This document shows, piece by piece, positions 1 through 7,921 of a stretch of 19,748 nt of DNA. Position numbers and translations under genes: made by a program. Every line of letters starts with the position of its first letter. Positions within the stretch are counted from its first letter, which is position 1. The notes beneath the pieces were generated by a model. That model was not told the DNA's origin, ran no database searches, and saw only the letters and a program-made list of their open reading frames with translations. The DNA comes from Deinococcales bacterium (GTDB lineage Bacteria > Deinococcota > Deinococci > Deinococcales > JAAFIG01), in the NCBI GenBank assembly GCA_043778225.1, contig JAYWGM010000064.1, forward strand, positions 1-19,748, written 5' to 3'.

Positions 1-204
1 CTATCGGATGCCGAAATTCTAGGCTATGCCAAAAGCGGCGAAGGCTTAGACAAAGCTGGCGGCTATGGCATCCAAGCCCTTGGAATGGCACTGGTCGAAC
101 GCATCGAAGGCGACTTTTTTAATGTTGTTGGCTTACCGATTACCCGAATGCTACAGACTGCCAAAAGCCTTGGACTCGAGCTACTGCCATGGGTGAAACC
201 ATGA
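1..204 (+). CDS. maf: Maf family nucleoside triphosphate pyrophosphatase, 3' part (5' end lies outside the window)
   Basis: Frame 1 reads [46 protein letters not shown]...[11 protein letters not shown] and NVVGLP are Maf C-terminal motifs. The gene lies upstream of mreC. Confidence 0.93.
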   Translation, partial: LSDAEILGYAKSGEGLDKAGGYGIQALGMALVERIEGDFFNVVGLPITRMLQTAKSLGLELLPWVKP

Positions 205-335
205 AGGTTAAAGGGTTAAAAGGTAAAAAGGGAGAAGGTCTTACTTTTAACCTTTTAACCTTCTTGACCACAACTACAGCACCTTCGGGCTTGGGTCGCT
301 TTTGCCCTTTTTACCCGAAAAGGGTGAAAGCGTGA
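201..335 (+). other. Putative 44-aa bridging ORF between maf and mreC
   Basis: ATG 201 overlaps the maf stop (ATGA). The frame is open to TGA 333-335, which overlaps the mreC GTG at 332 (GTGA). Product [44 protein letters not shown]. Translation is not demonstrated. Confidence 0.45.
203..263. repeat. Long imperfect inverted repeat built from AAGGTTAA-like units
   Basis: GAAGGTTAAAGGGTTAAAAGGTAA (203-226) pairs with TTACTTTTAACCTTTTAACCTTC (241-263), with one G-T pair and one bulge. Confidence 0.85.
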
Positions 336-1105
336 ACTCGAGAATCGGCTTATTGGTCGGAGCGCTGTTGGTGCTTTCCTTGGTCAGCACTCGCTTTGCG
401 CCGCGAGCGCCATTGGCGGTCTCGAGTACGATTGCACCACTCTGGATGGTCTTTAGTGTAGCCAGCTTAAACGTGCGCGGTTTTTTGGAAGCCATGATTC
501 TCGAGCGCGATTTACGCAGCGAAAATGCCGCCCTCAAAAACAAAGTCGGCAAACTTGAATTGCAAAGCTACCAACTCGAGCAAGAAGTGCGTAAGCTCGA
601 GGAAGTGGCATTGATTAAACGCACCCAAAGTCCTTCGGTGGCACTGGCGGCTCAAGTGATTGCCTTTAATTTTGATGCCTTGAATGCTGAGTTGCGAATC
701 AACAAAGGCAGCATTGATGGGGTAAAATTAAAAATGGCGGTCACCACGCCACAAGGTTTGGTCGGGGATGTGATGCAGGTGGATAGCCACAGCGCTTTGG
801 TTCGCACCATCCTCGACCCAGAGTTTCGGGTTGGGATTAAAGTGGCTAACTTTAACAGTGTCGCGGTAGCTCGAGGTGTGGCTGGGCGTTTGTTGCGGGC
901 AGAAGATTATAAAAATCCAAAAGTCAAAAAAGGCGATGTCGTCTTTAGTTCCAATTCCTCGGGCGGCGTTTTTCCAACCGTGCGCTTAGGGACAGTCTTG
1001 GTGGTTAGTCAATCTCGAGGCGATACCCTAGGGCAAACGCTTGAAATCAGTCCAATTGTGGACATCACGACGCTCGAGCAAGTTTACCTCTTGAGGTTGC
1101 CATGA
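332..1105 (+). CDS. mreC: Rod shape-determining protein MreC
   Basis: N-terminal hydrophobic anchor, coiled coil (LRSENAALK...LEQEVRKLEE), and INKGSIDGVK...AVTTPQGLVG and SSGGVFP motifs. GTG 332 is preferred over TTG 302 because a purine-rich AAGGGTG lies just upstream. Confidence 0.92.
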   Translation: MNSRIGLLVGALLVLSLVSTRFAPRAPLAVSSTIAPLWMVFSVASLNVRGFLEAMILERDLRSENAALKNKVGKLELQSYQLEQEVRKLEEVALIKRTQSPSVALAAQVIAFNFDALNAELRINKGSIDGVKLKMAVTTPQGLVGDVMQVDSHSALVRTILDPEFRVGIKVANFNSVAVARGVAGRLLRAEDYKNPKVKKGDVVFSSNSSGGVFPTVRLGTVLVVSQSRGDTLGQTLEISPIVDITTLEQVYLLRLP

Positions 1106-1157
1106 CCAACCGCGTGCTGAGGTTGCCATGACCAACCGCGTGCTGAGGTTGCCATGA
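1092..1157 (+). repeat. 26-bp tandem repeat (about 2.5 copies) at the mreC-mreD junction
   Basis: TGAGGTTGCCATGACCAACCGCGTGC at 1092-1117 and 1118-1143, then TGAGGTTGCCATGA at 1144-1157. The copies are exact. Confidence 0.97.
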
Positions 1158-1654
1158 TTTTTCGGCGAATTATTTTTGTTTTGGTTATCTTGGGCGTGCA
1201 AGGGGCAATGGGGGCGGTGCTTCCTGTCTTTATTTCGCCACCCGATTTATTTTTATTGGTTGCCTTGTTTGTAGCAACTCGAGTTCCGCTCTTTTTGGCG
1301 CTCTGCATTGGCTATAGCCTTGGACTACTGCAAGATGTGCTTGGTGTGGGTTTGGTTGGCTTTCATGCGGCGGGAATCTTGGCTGGTGTTTTTACCTCGA
1401 GTTTTGTGCGCCGTGGCTTGTCTGCCGATACCAGTTTTAACCATGCCACTACGGCTTTTGTGGCGTTGGTGGCAAAGTGGCTGGTGTTTATCGCGCTGAA
1501 CTATTGGACGCGCCAAGGGATTATTTCTTTAGAGACCCTGCTCTACCGGTTTTTGCCAGAGGTGGCTTTGACACTTTTACTCGGTCCACTTATTTTTGCC
1601 TTTTCTAACTGGGCATTTGGTCGTGGTAACTCGAATGATACTGGTTTACTTTAA
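1154..1654 (+). CDS. mreD: Rod shape-determining protein MreD
   Basis: 166-aa multi-pass membrane protein with PDLFLL and GLLQDVL motifs, directly after mreC. Confidence 0.9.
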   Translation: MIFRRIIFVLVILGVQGAMGAVLPVFISPPDLFLLVALFVATRVPLFLALCIGYSLGLLQDVLGVGLVGFHAAGILAGVFTSSFVRRGLSADTSFNHATTAFVALVAKWLVFIALNYWTRQGIISLETLLYRFLPEVALTLLLGPLIFAFSNWAFGRGNSNDTGLL

Positions 1655-1719
1655 GTATTTGCCGCCTACATTTTAGAATTTTCAGAAAGCGGCAATTCTG
1701 CCATTACGGCGGCAAATAC
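1655..1719. terminator. Stem-loop directly after mreD (possible terminator or stabiliser)
   Basis: Perfect 12-bp inverted repeat GTATTTGCCGCC (1655-1666) / GGCGGCAAATAC (1708-1719) with an inner AGAATT/AATTCT pair. There is no clear U-tract. Confidence 0.5.
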
Positions 1720-1744
1720 GTTATCCCTACTCCTGTTAGTCGCA

Positions 1745-1798
1745 AAATGTTTTAGCAAAAAACGCTAAAACATTTCGGGGGTTTACTTTAGGTATACT
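1745..1798 (+). promoter_or_regulatory. glpX leaderless promoter with an upstream 12-7-12 palindrome
   Basis: AAATGTTTTAGC (1745-1756) N7 GCTAAAACATTT (1764-1775). TATACT -10 at 1793-1798, 7 nt before ATG 1806. Confidence 0.65.
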
Positions 1799-1805
1799 CG
1801 AGGTC

Positions 1806-2801
1806 ATGACCCAACGAATAGACTCACCGATGGAACGGGCGCTGGTTCTCGAGATTGCGCGTGTCACCGAACAGGCAGCCCTAGAAGCCAGTCGTTTTGT
1901 TGGTAAAGGCGATAAAATTGCGGTAGATGGCGCTGGCACAGAAGCCATGCGCCAGACTTTAGGCGAAACCCATATTCGCGGCACAGTCGTGATTGGCGAA
2001 GGCGAAATGGACGAAGCGCCGATGCTTTATATTGGCGAACAGGTTGGGCTACAAACTCCAGATTCGTTTGAAGTGGATATTGCCGTAGACCCCGTGGAAG
2101 GCACAACCGTAGCGGCTCGAGGATTGCCCAACAGTGTGGCGGTGATTGCTTTATCCGAAAAAGGCGGTTTATTGGGCGCACCGGATATGTACATGGAAAA
2201 ACTGGTGGTTGCGCCGCCAGCAGTCGGGCGGGTCAATCTCGAGTGGCATTTGGAAGCCAATTTAAGTGCGATTGCCCAGAGCTTAGACCGTCCTATTGCT
2301 GATTTAACGATTGTGGTGCTTGACCGCCCGCGCCACGAAGACCTGATTGGACGCATCCGAGCCGCCGGCGCTCGAGTTAAGTTAATTGGCGACGGCGACG
2401 TGATTGCTGCCTTAGCTGTTGCGATGCGTGGCACTGGGGTTCATGCCCTGATGGGTTCGGGTGGTGCGCCAGAAGGTGTTTTGACGGCGGCTGCCATGAA
2501 ATGCCTCGGTGGTGAAATCCAAGGTAAATTTTTGCCCGCCAATAATGCCGAACTTGAGCGGTGTAAACGCATGGGAGTAGACCCAAACAAGATTTATGGC
2601 ACTCAAGACCTCGCGCCTGGCAAAGAAATTGTTTTTGCTGCCACGGGCATCACCGATGGCGAATTACTGCAAGGGGTACGGCGTTTTGTCGGCGGCTCGA
2701 GAACCCACACGATTGCGATGGGCTATGCCACTCGGGTGGTACGTTTTATGGATACGGTGCATCTCGAGGGGGAGGGCGCTCGGGTCAATATCCGCGTCTA
2801 A
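1806..2801 (+). CDS. glpX: Class II fructose-1,6-bisphosphatase
   Basis: Motifs [51 protein letters not shown] and FAATGITDG. Confidence 0.97.
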   Translation: MTQRIDSPMERALVLEIARVTEQAALEASRFVGKGDKIAVDGAGTEAMRQTLGETHIRGTVVIGEGEMDEAPMLYIGEQVGLQTPDSFEVDIAVDPVEGTTVAARGLPNSVAVIALSEKGGLLGAPDMYMEKLVVAPPAVGRVNLEWHLEANLSAIAQSLDRPIADLTIVVLDRPRHEDLIGRIRAAGARVKLIGDGDVIAALAVAMRGTGVHALMGSGGAPEGVLTAAAMKCLGGEIQGKFLPANNAELERCKRMGVDPNKIYGTQDLAPGKEIVFAATGITDGELLQGVRRFVGGSRTHTIAMGYATRVVRFMDTVHLEGEGARVNIRV

Positions 2802-3531
2802 AAAAATCAAGAATTTCTTGTCGAATTTTTGGCATATGCGTTTCGTTAATAAAATGATTGCCTTCGGGAATAACAACCAAACGATTTGGCACACCTGCAT
2901 TCTCGAGTACATTTTGCAAAGCCTCGGCTTGAGGCAATGGCACGAGCGTGTCTTTTGCACCATGAATAATGAGCGTTGGGGCAGATTGGCTCGAGACTTG
3001 AAAAACTGGGCTGGCAGCCTTGGCAATTTTCGGGTGCTGGTCGGCTCGAGCGCCCAATAAAAAAGCAAAGGCAGTATCGGTGTACTCGAGTTTCCAGTCG
3101 GTGGGGTTACTTAAATCGGTAGGTGGACAAATACAAGCCACAGCCCGTAAACCACTCGAGACATCTGAACCAAGCAGCGCAGCGATATGCGCCCCTGCCG
3201 AAATGCCCCAAGCAAAAATTCGGTTTGGGTCTATTTTCAATTCGGCTGCATTCGCTCGGATAAAACGCACCACGGCTTTGGCATCCTCAAATTGGGCTGG
3301 AAAAACCGCCTCTTGGGCATAGCGATAATTGGCACTGACCACACAAAAACCGGCTTGTGCCAGAAATTCGGTTTCGGGCAGGTGTTTACCAAACATTTTC
3401 CAGCCACCACCATGAAAATGAATGGCTACAGGTAAGGTTGCGCTCGATTCTGGGCGCATGAGGTCAAGTAAGTTGGCTCGAGCCGTATTTACACCATACG
3501 CCACATTTGTTTTTACGATAAAATCACGCAT
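2785..3531 (-). CDS. Alpha/beta hydrolase (HSL/BD-FAE-like esterase)
   Basis: HGGGW oxyanion motif, GISAG nucleophile elbow, HGAKDTLVP and EGNH catalytic Asp/His region. Confidence 0.9.
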   Translation of the reverse strand: MRDFIVKTNVAYGVNTARANLLDLMRPESSATLPVAIHFHGGGWKMFGKHLPETEFLAQAGFCVVSANYRYAQEAVFPAQFEDAKAVVRFIRANAAELKIDPNRIFAWGISAGAHIAALLGSDVSSGLRAVACICPPTDLSNPTDWKLEYTDTAFAFLLGARADQHPKIAKAASPVFQVSSQSAPTLIIHGAKDTLVPLPQAEALQNVLENAGVPNRLVVIPEGNHFINETHMPKIRQEILDFFRRGY

Positions 3532-4198
3532 GGTTCAAAAGCCCTTGCTCACAATAGAGTTATTATGCCGAGAAGCGCAAGTGTTTTCAGTTGCCGAAAG
3601 CCAACACGCCCAAGTATCGCTATTTGGTGTGACCGACGGAAAAGCCATTGGCACGTATCTCGAGCATAAAATTCGTTTGTATCTGCTCGAGCGATACCAG
3701 TTTGAACTTGGTAACTCGGCAAGTGGAATTGATTTCCCAAATCTTGGTGTAGACATGAAAGTCACCAGCATTAAGCAACCACAATCATCTTGTCCGTTTA
3801 AGTCTGCAAGACAAAAAATTTATGGACTTGGTTATGGTTTGATTGTATTTGTGTACGACAAAACAGATAACCACGAAAGCAGAACTGGAACGCTTCACAT
3901 CACCGATACTGTGTTGATAGAAAAGCAACGAACAGCCGATTTTCAAATGACAAAAGGTCTACGACAAATTTTAGAAAACGAAGGTAACACCGATGACCTA
4001 ATAGCATTCATGACCGAAAAGAACCTGCCAGTGGATGAAATCGAACTGCAAAGCCTTGCCCGAGAAATTTTAATACATAAACCAGAACAAGGCTACTTAA
4101 CCATCTCCAATGCACTGCAATGGAGATTGCAATACGCTCGAGTGATTGAAAAGGCTGGAGCGGAAACAGGCTTGGTCTCTGTGTACAAAAACCCATGA
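3530..4198 (+). CDS. Type II restriction endonuclease, NspV-like (PD-(D/E)xK)
   Basis: GVTDGKAIGTYLEH, GIDFP...VDMKVTS..QPQSSCPF and LTISNALQWRLQY resemble R.NspV as recalled from memory. ATGA overlap with an adenine MTase. Start placed at ATG 3530, 5 nt after TAAAAT. Confidence 0.75.
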   Translation: MVQKPLLTIELLCREAQVFSVAESQHAQVSLFGVTDGKAIGTYLEHKIRLYLLERYQFELGNSASGIDFPNLGVDMKVTSIKQPQSSCPFKSARQKIYGLGYGLIVFVYDKTDNHESRTGTLHITDTVLIEKQRTADFQMTKGLRQILENEGNTDDLIAFMTEKNLPVDEIELQSLAREILIHKPEQGYLTISNALQWRLQYARVIEKAGAETGLVSVYKNP

Positions 4199-5706
4199 AA
4201 AACGCATTGAACAATCATCGGATTGAATTTGGGGATTTCCAAACACCCGATAACTTAGCGCTTGCCATCTGTCAAAAACTATGTGAATTGGGAATGAACC
4301 CAAACGTGATTCTCGAGCCGACCTGCGGCATTGGTGCATTTGTGATGGCAGCCGCACAGACATTCCCCAAAGTACAAAAAATACTGGGTTTTGAAATCAA
4401 TCAAACGTACTTAAACACCTTACAAAAACGCTTATTAGAGAACCCCAGCACAACTCGAGTTATTCTCGAGCAAACAGATTTTTTTAACACCACTTGGCAA
4501 GAAAAAATTGCAAACATACCCGAATCTGTTTTGGTACTTGGTAATTTCCCGTGGGTCACAAGTACCACCCAAAGTACAATTGGTGGGACGAACCTGCCAA
4601 AAAAATCGAATTTTCAAAAACGAACAGGTTTTGAAGCCATCAGTGGCAAAGCCAATTTTGATGTTTCCGAATGGATGCTGCTCAGTGTCCTGCGTTGGTT
4701 TGAAGGTCGGTCAGGCGACATTGCTATGCTGGTTAAAACATCGGTGGCACAAAAAATCTTGGCTTATGCCCAACGACAAAACATTGCACTTAAAGAGGCT
4801 TTTTTAATCAAAATAGATGCCAAACAGCACTTTGGAGCATCGGTAGAGGCTTGTTTACTGGTGATGCGATTAACGCAAAATCAGCAAAATACCAACCATG
4901 ACTACACGATTTTTGAAAATCTCGAGTATACCCACGGGCAACGGGTCGGGCATCGGCAGGGCTTAACCGTGGGTAATTTAAGCCAATTCGAGGAATTTAG
5001 GTATTTACTCGGCACAAGCCCGCAAAAATGGCGTTCGGGAATCAAACATGATGCCGCCGCAATCATGGAATTAACTCAAACCGAGCGCGGTCTCGAGAAC
5101 GGACTGGGCGAAATTGTTGAACTCGAGAAGACATACCTTTACCCGTTACTGAAAGGCTCGGACATTGGCAGTGGGAAAGCATGGCGTAAAAAATTTGTTT
5201 TGGTGACTCAGCAATTTGTGGGGCAGCCAACCCAGAATATCCGAGAAACTGCGCCTTTGACATGGGCGTACTTAGAAAAACACCGCCAAGCTCTCGAGGC
5301 AAGGGGCAGCACGATTTATAAAAAGAACCCGCCGTACTCGATTTTTGGCATTGGAGACTATACTTTCCGCCCTTGGCGCATCGCCATTTGTGCCTTATAC
5401 AAAGCCCTACGATTTCGGCTGGTTGCGCCAATAGAAAACCGCCCTGTGATGTTTGATGACACAGTGTATTACTTATCTTTTGAGACCCAAGCCGAGGCAA
5501 TGGATGTTCTCGAGAAGCTGAATTCTAAACCAGCCATTGGGTTGTTATCTTCCCTGATATTTTGGAATGAAAAACGCCCGATTAAAACAGGAATTTTGAA
5601 TCTGCTTGATTGGACATGGGTGGAAGAGCTAATGAATTCCACGGAAATACAACAAGAACGAGCATTCATAGTAAATATGGTTACTCAGATGCAAGATACC
5701 CAATAG
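4195..5706 (+). CDS. Amino (probably N6-adenine) DNA methyltransferase, gamma class, M.NspV-like
   Basis: Motif X FGDFQTP, motif I LEPTCGIGAF and motif IV variant GNFPW, followed by a C-terminal target-recognition region. Coupled to the endonuclease gene. Confidence 0.85.
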   Translation: MKNALNNHRIEFGDFQTPDNLALAICQKLCELGMNPNVILEPTCGIGAFVMAAAQTFPKVQKILGFEINQTYLNTLQKRLLENPSTTRVILEQTDFFNTTWQEKIANIPESVLVLGNFPWVTSTTQSTIGGTNLPKKSNFQKRTGFEAISGKANFDVSEWMLLSVLRWFEGRSGDIAMLVKTSVAQKILAYAQRQNIALKEAFLIKIDAKQHFGASVEACLLVMRLTQNQQNTNHDYTIFENLEYTHGQRVGHRQGLTVGNLSQFEEFRYLLGTSPQKWRSGIKHDAAAIMELTQTERGLENGLGEIVELEKTYLYPLLKGSDIGSGKAWRKKFVLVTQQFVGQPTQNIRETAPLTWAYLEKHRQALEARGSTIYKKNPPYSIFGIGDYTFRPWRIAICALYKALRFRLVAPIENRPVMFDDTVYYLSFETQAEAMDVLEKLNSKPAIGLLSSLIFWNEKRPIKTGILNLLDWTWVEELMNSTEIQQERAFIVNMVTQMQDTQ

Positions 5707-5724
5707 AAGCAATAGGAGCAAGGT

Positions 5725-5973
5725 ATGGCAAATATGCAAGAGTATTATCTAAAAAATTTCAGGCTCGATGTGCAAAGTTCGTATGAAGTATCTCATTTGG
5801 TGACTGAAATCAGAGAAGCAATTCATAACAAAGATCAATTCAGTATGGGATTTAATCTATACCAAATCGATTTGATTGATGGAAAAGTAACAATTTCATC
5901 AGGTTTTATAGAAGTCGAAATTATCTTGTCATACGAAGAATTTTTCCATGAAATGAGTAAGCCAGTCATCTAA
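5725..5973 (+). CDS. Small acidic hypothetical protein (82 aa)
   Basis: AGGAG Shine-Dalgarno just upstream of the ATG. AT-rich ORF filling the intergenic gap. Confidence 0.65.
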   Translation: MANMQEYYLKNFRLDVQSSYEVSHLVTEIREAIHNKDQFSMGFNLYQIDLIDGKVTISSGFIEVEIILSYEEFFHEMSKPVI

Positions 5974-6075
5974 ATTTTGTCTTTATCAAGTAGCTGTTAT
6001 AGCAGCTTACGCTACTCGAGTCTGAGCTTGGCACATAACAACAAAAAATCTGTCTGCGTCAAGGCTTCCAACCAT

Positions 6076-7608
6076 TCAAATTCGTAACGCCTTAATCGGT
6101 TTAGCTACCTCGAGACTGGGGTCAGTCTCCCACAGCGTGAAATCAGCTTTATACCCCTGTTTAACTTGTCCATACCAATTTTCCCAATTGGCAGCTTTAG
6201 CCGCGCCAATCGTGTACCCCTCGAGTGCTTCGAGTGGTGTTAAAGACTGTTCGGGCATAAACGGCTTGCCATCCAAGCCGATTCGGTTCACGGCAGCTTC
6301 AAACCCAAGTTTGGGTTCTGGACTGGCAACACTGGCATCTGACCCCAAGGCTAAAGTTGCCCCAGTCTCGAGCAGGGTTCTAAAGGCATAGGTGGTTTTG
6401 GCTCGAGTTGCCCCAAGTAAACCAAAAACGGGTACGGCATCTTCGACCAAATGAATTGCTTGGACACTGGCGACAATTCCCAATGCCCCAAATCGGGCAA
6501 TATCGGTAGGGGAGAGGTGTTGGGCGTGTTCAAGTCGTAAACGCACACCTCGAGCATCTGCCAAAGGTTTTAGCTTCTCGAGAACATTTAAGACCTCATG
6601 GTTAGCACGGTCGCCAATCGCATGAACCACAGGGCAAAAGCCCATCTCGAGGGCGCGTCGTCCGCGTTCAAGAATCAATTCTGGTGGGTCGGCAATCACG
6701 CCTGTCGAATCTGTCCCAAGGTAGGGCTGGTGCATCCAAGCAGTGCGCGAACCGAGCGCCCCATCGGCAAAAAATTTAATGCCGCAAATTTTGACCAAAT
6801 CGCCCGTGCCACCGCGTAAACCTGTGGCTTCGACACTCTCTAAATCGGCATGAGGAATACTTGCCCAAACCTGCAACGGTAATGCCCCGCGTTGCTCGAG
6901 TTCCTGCACCGAGCGCAACGACATGGCTGGCTCGAGCGCCATCGTATGCACCGAGGTGTAACCCCACGCCTCGAGTTGAGCGCAAGCACGGGCGGTGGCG
7001 GTCACGCTTTCTTCGAGTGTGACGGCTGGAATGGCAGAACGCACCAAGCTCATGGCGCTTGGCTCGAGAAACATTCCAGTTGGGTTGCCGTGAGCATCGC
7101 GCACAATCCGTCCGCCGTCTGGGTCGGGTGTACCCGCGTGAATGTTGGCTAATTCGAGCGCTCGAGTATTTGCCCAAGCCCCATGACCGTCTCGAGTGCG
7201 AATGTAGACAGGATGCTGCGGTGCAATTCGGTCTAAATCAGCTGCCGTCGGATAAGTATCTTCGCTCCATCGGTTTGGGAAAAATCCACCGCCTTGTACC
7301 CAAGTGCCAAGTGGCGCACTCGAAACTCGGTGGCTAATTTCTGCCAGTCCCTGCTCAAGACTGCTGCAAGCCGATAAATCCAAAGCAGCCAAGGCAAAAC
7401 CATAGCCCGTTAAGTGAATGTGGGCATCGGTTAAGCCGGGGGTTAAGAAGGCTTGGCGGTAATCCAGAATCTCGGCTTTGGGCGCGATTGCCAAACAATC
7501 TGCTCGAGAACCGACAAAACGCACTTGGCGGTTGGTGACCAAGACCGCCTCGGCTCGAGGTTGGGCTGGGTTTAAGGTGATGATGTGCGCCAGAATAATC
7601 TGTTCCAT
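6076..7608 (-). CDS. Amidohydrolase_3 / YtcJ-like metal-dependent amidohydrolase
   Basis: PGLTDAHIH, KFFADGALGSRTA, HAIGDRAN, RLEHAQ and LGSD motifs. The start is taken as ATG 7608 (MEQIILAH), 7 nt after TATACT, because the longer ORF would overlap the PqqD gene. Confidence 0.93.
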   Translation of the reverse strand: MEQIILAHIITLNPAQPRAEAVLVTNRQVRFVGSRADCLAIAPKAEILDYRQAFLTPGLTDAHIHLTGYGFALAALDLSACSSLEQGLAEISHRVSSAPLGTWVQGGGFFPNRWSEDTYPTAADLDRIAPQHPVYIRTRDGHGAWANTRALELANIHAGTPDPDGGRIVRDAHGNPTGMFLEPSAMSLVRSAIPAVTLEESVTATARACAQLEAWGYTSVHTMALEPAMSLRSVQELEQRGALPLQVWASIPHADLESVEATGLRGGTGDLVKICGIKFFADGALGSRTAWMHQPYLGTDSTGVIADPPELILERGRRALEMGFCPVVHAIGDRANHEVLNVLEKLKPLADARGVRLRLEHAQHLSPTDIARFGALGIVASVQAIHLVEDAVPVFGLLGATRAKTTYAFRTLLETGATLALGSDASVASPEPKLGFEAAVNRIGLDGKPFMPEQSLTPLEALEGYTIGAAKAANWENWYGQVKQGYKADFTLWETDPSLEVAKPIKALRI

Positions 7609-7646
7609 GTTACCCAGTATATAATCTGTTCCATGTTGCACAGTAT
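7595..7646 (-). repeat. 26-bp tandem duplication of the amidohydrolase -10 box and start codon
   Basis: ATAATCTGTTCCATGTTACCCAGTAT (7595-7620) and ATAATCTGTTCCATGTTGCACAGTAT (7621-7646), 24/26 identical. Confidence 0.92.
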
Positions 7647-7654
7647 GACCGATT

Positions 7655-7663
7655 TGGTAGACT
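7655..7663 (+). promoter_or_regulatory. Extended -10 leaderless promoter of the PqqD-kinase operon
   Basis: TGgTAGACT followed by 6 nt and then ATG 7670. Confidence 0.6.
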
Positions 7664-7669
7664 GAATCC

Positions 7670-7921
7670 ATGACCAAATCCCCCAACCCCGAAATTATTG
7701 TCACCGAACTCGAGGATGAACTGGTGCTGCTCAATCCACGCACCCAAGCGATGTTTACCTTAAACGGTACAGGTAAACTTATTTGGCAGAGCTTAGGTAA
7801 AAATACCCCCGAAGAAATTGCTGTAAAAATTACCCAAGCCTTTGAAATAGACCTCATAACCGCCCAAAAAGACACCACCGATTTACTCGAGACCCTAGAA
7901 AAATCTGGTTTGTTGCAATGA
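7670..7921 (+). CDS. PqqD family protein / RiPP recognition element
   Basis: 83 aa with the PqqD pattern ELEDELVLLN...MFTLNGTGKLIWQSL...EEIAVKITQAFEID...AQKD..DLLETLEKSGLL. Confidence 0.9.
   Translation: MTKSPNPEIIVTELEDELVLLNPRTQAMFTLNGTGKLIWQSLGKNTPEEIAVKITQAFEIDLITAQKDTTDLLETLEKSGLLQ

Noticed and set aside
1092..1157. Mini-CRISPR at the mreC-mreD junction
   Set aside because: The 12-bp intervening sequences are identical, so this is a simple tandem repeat.
3422..3529. N-terminal extension of the restriction endonuclease
   Set aside because: It overlaps the hydrolase on the opposite strand, and the recognisable sequence starts near ATG 3530.
7609..7878. 90-aa N-terminal extension of the amidohydrolase in the ORF track
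   Set aside because: It is antisense to the PqqD gene; family-like sequence and a -10 box point to ATG 7608.
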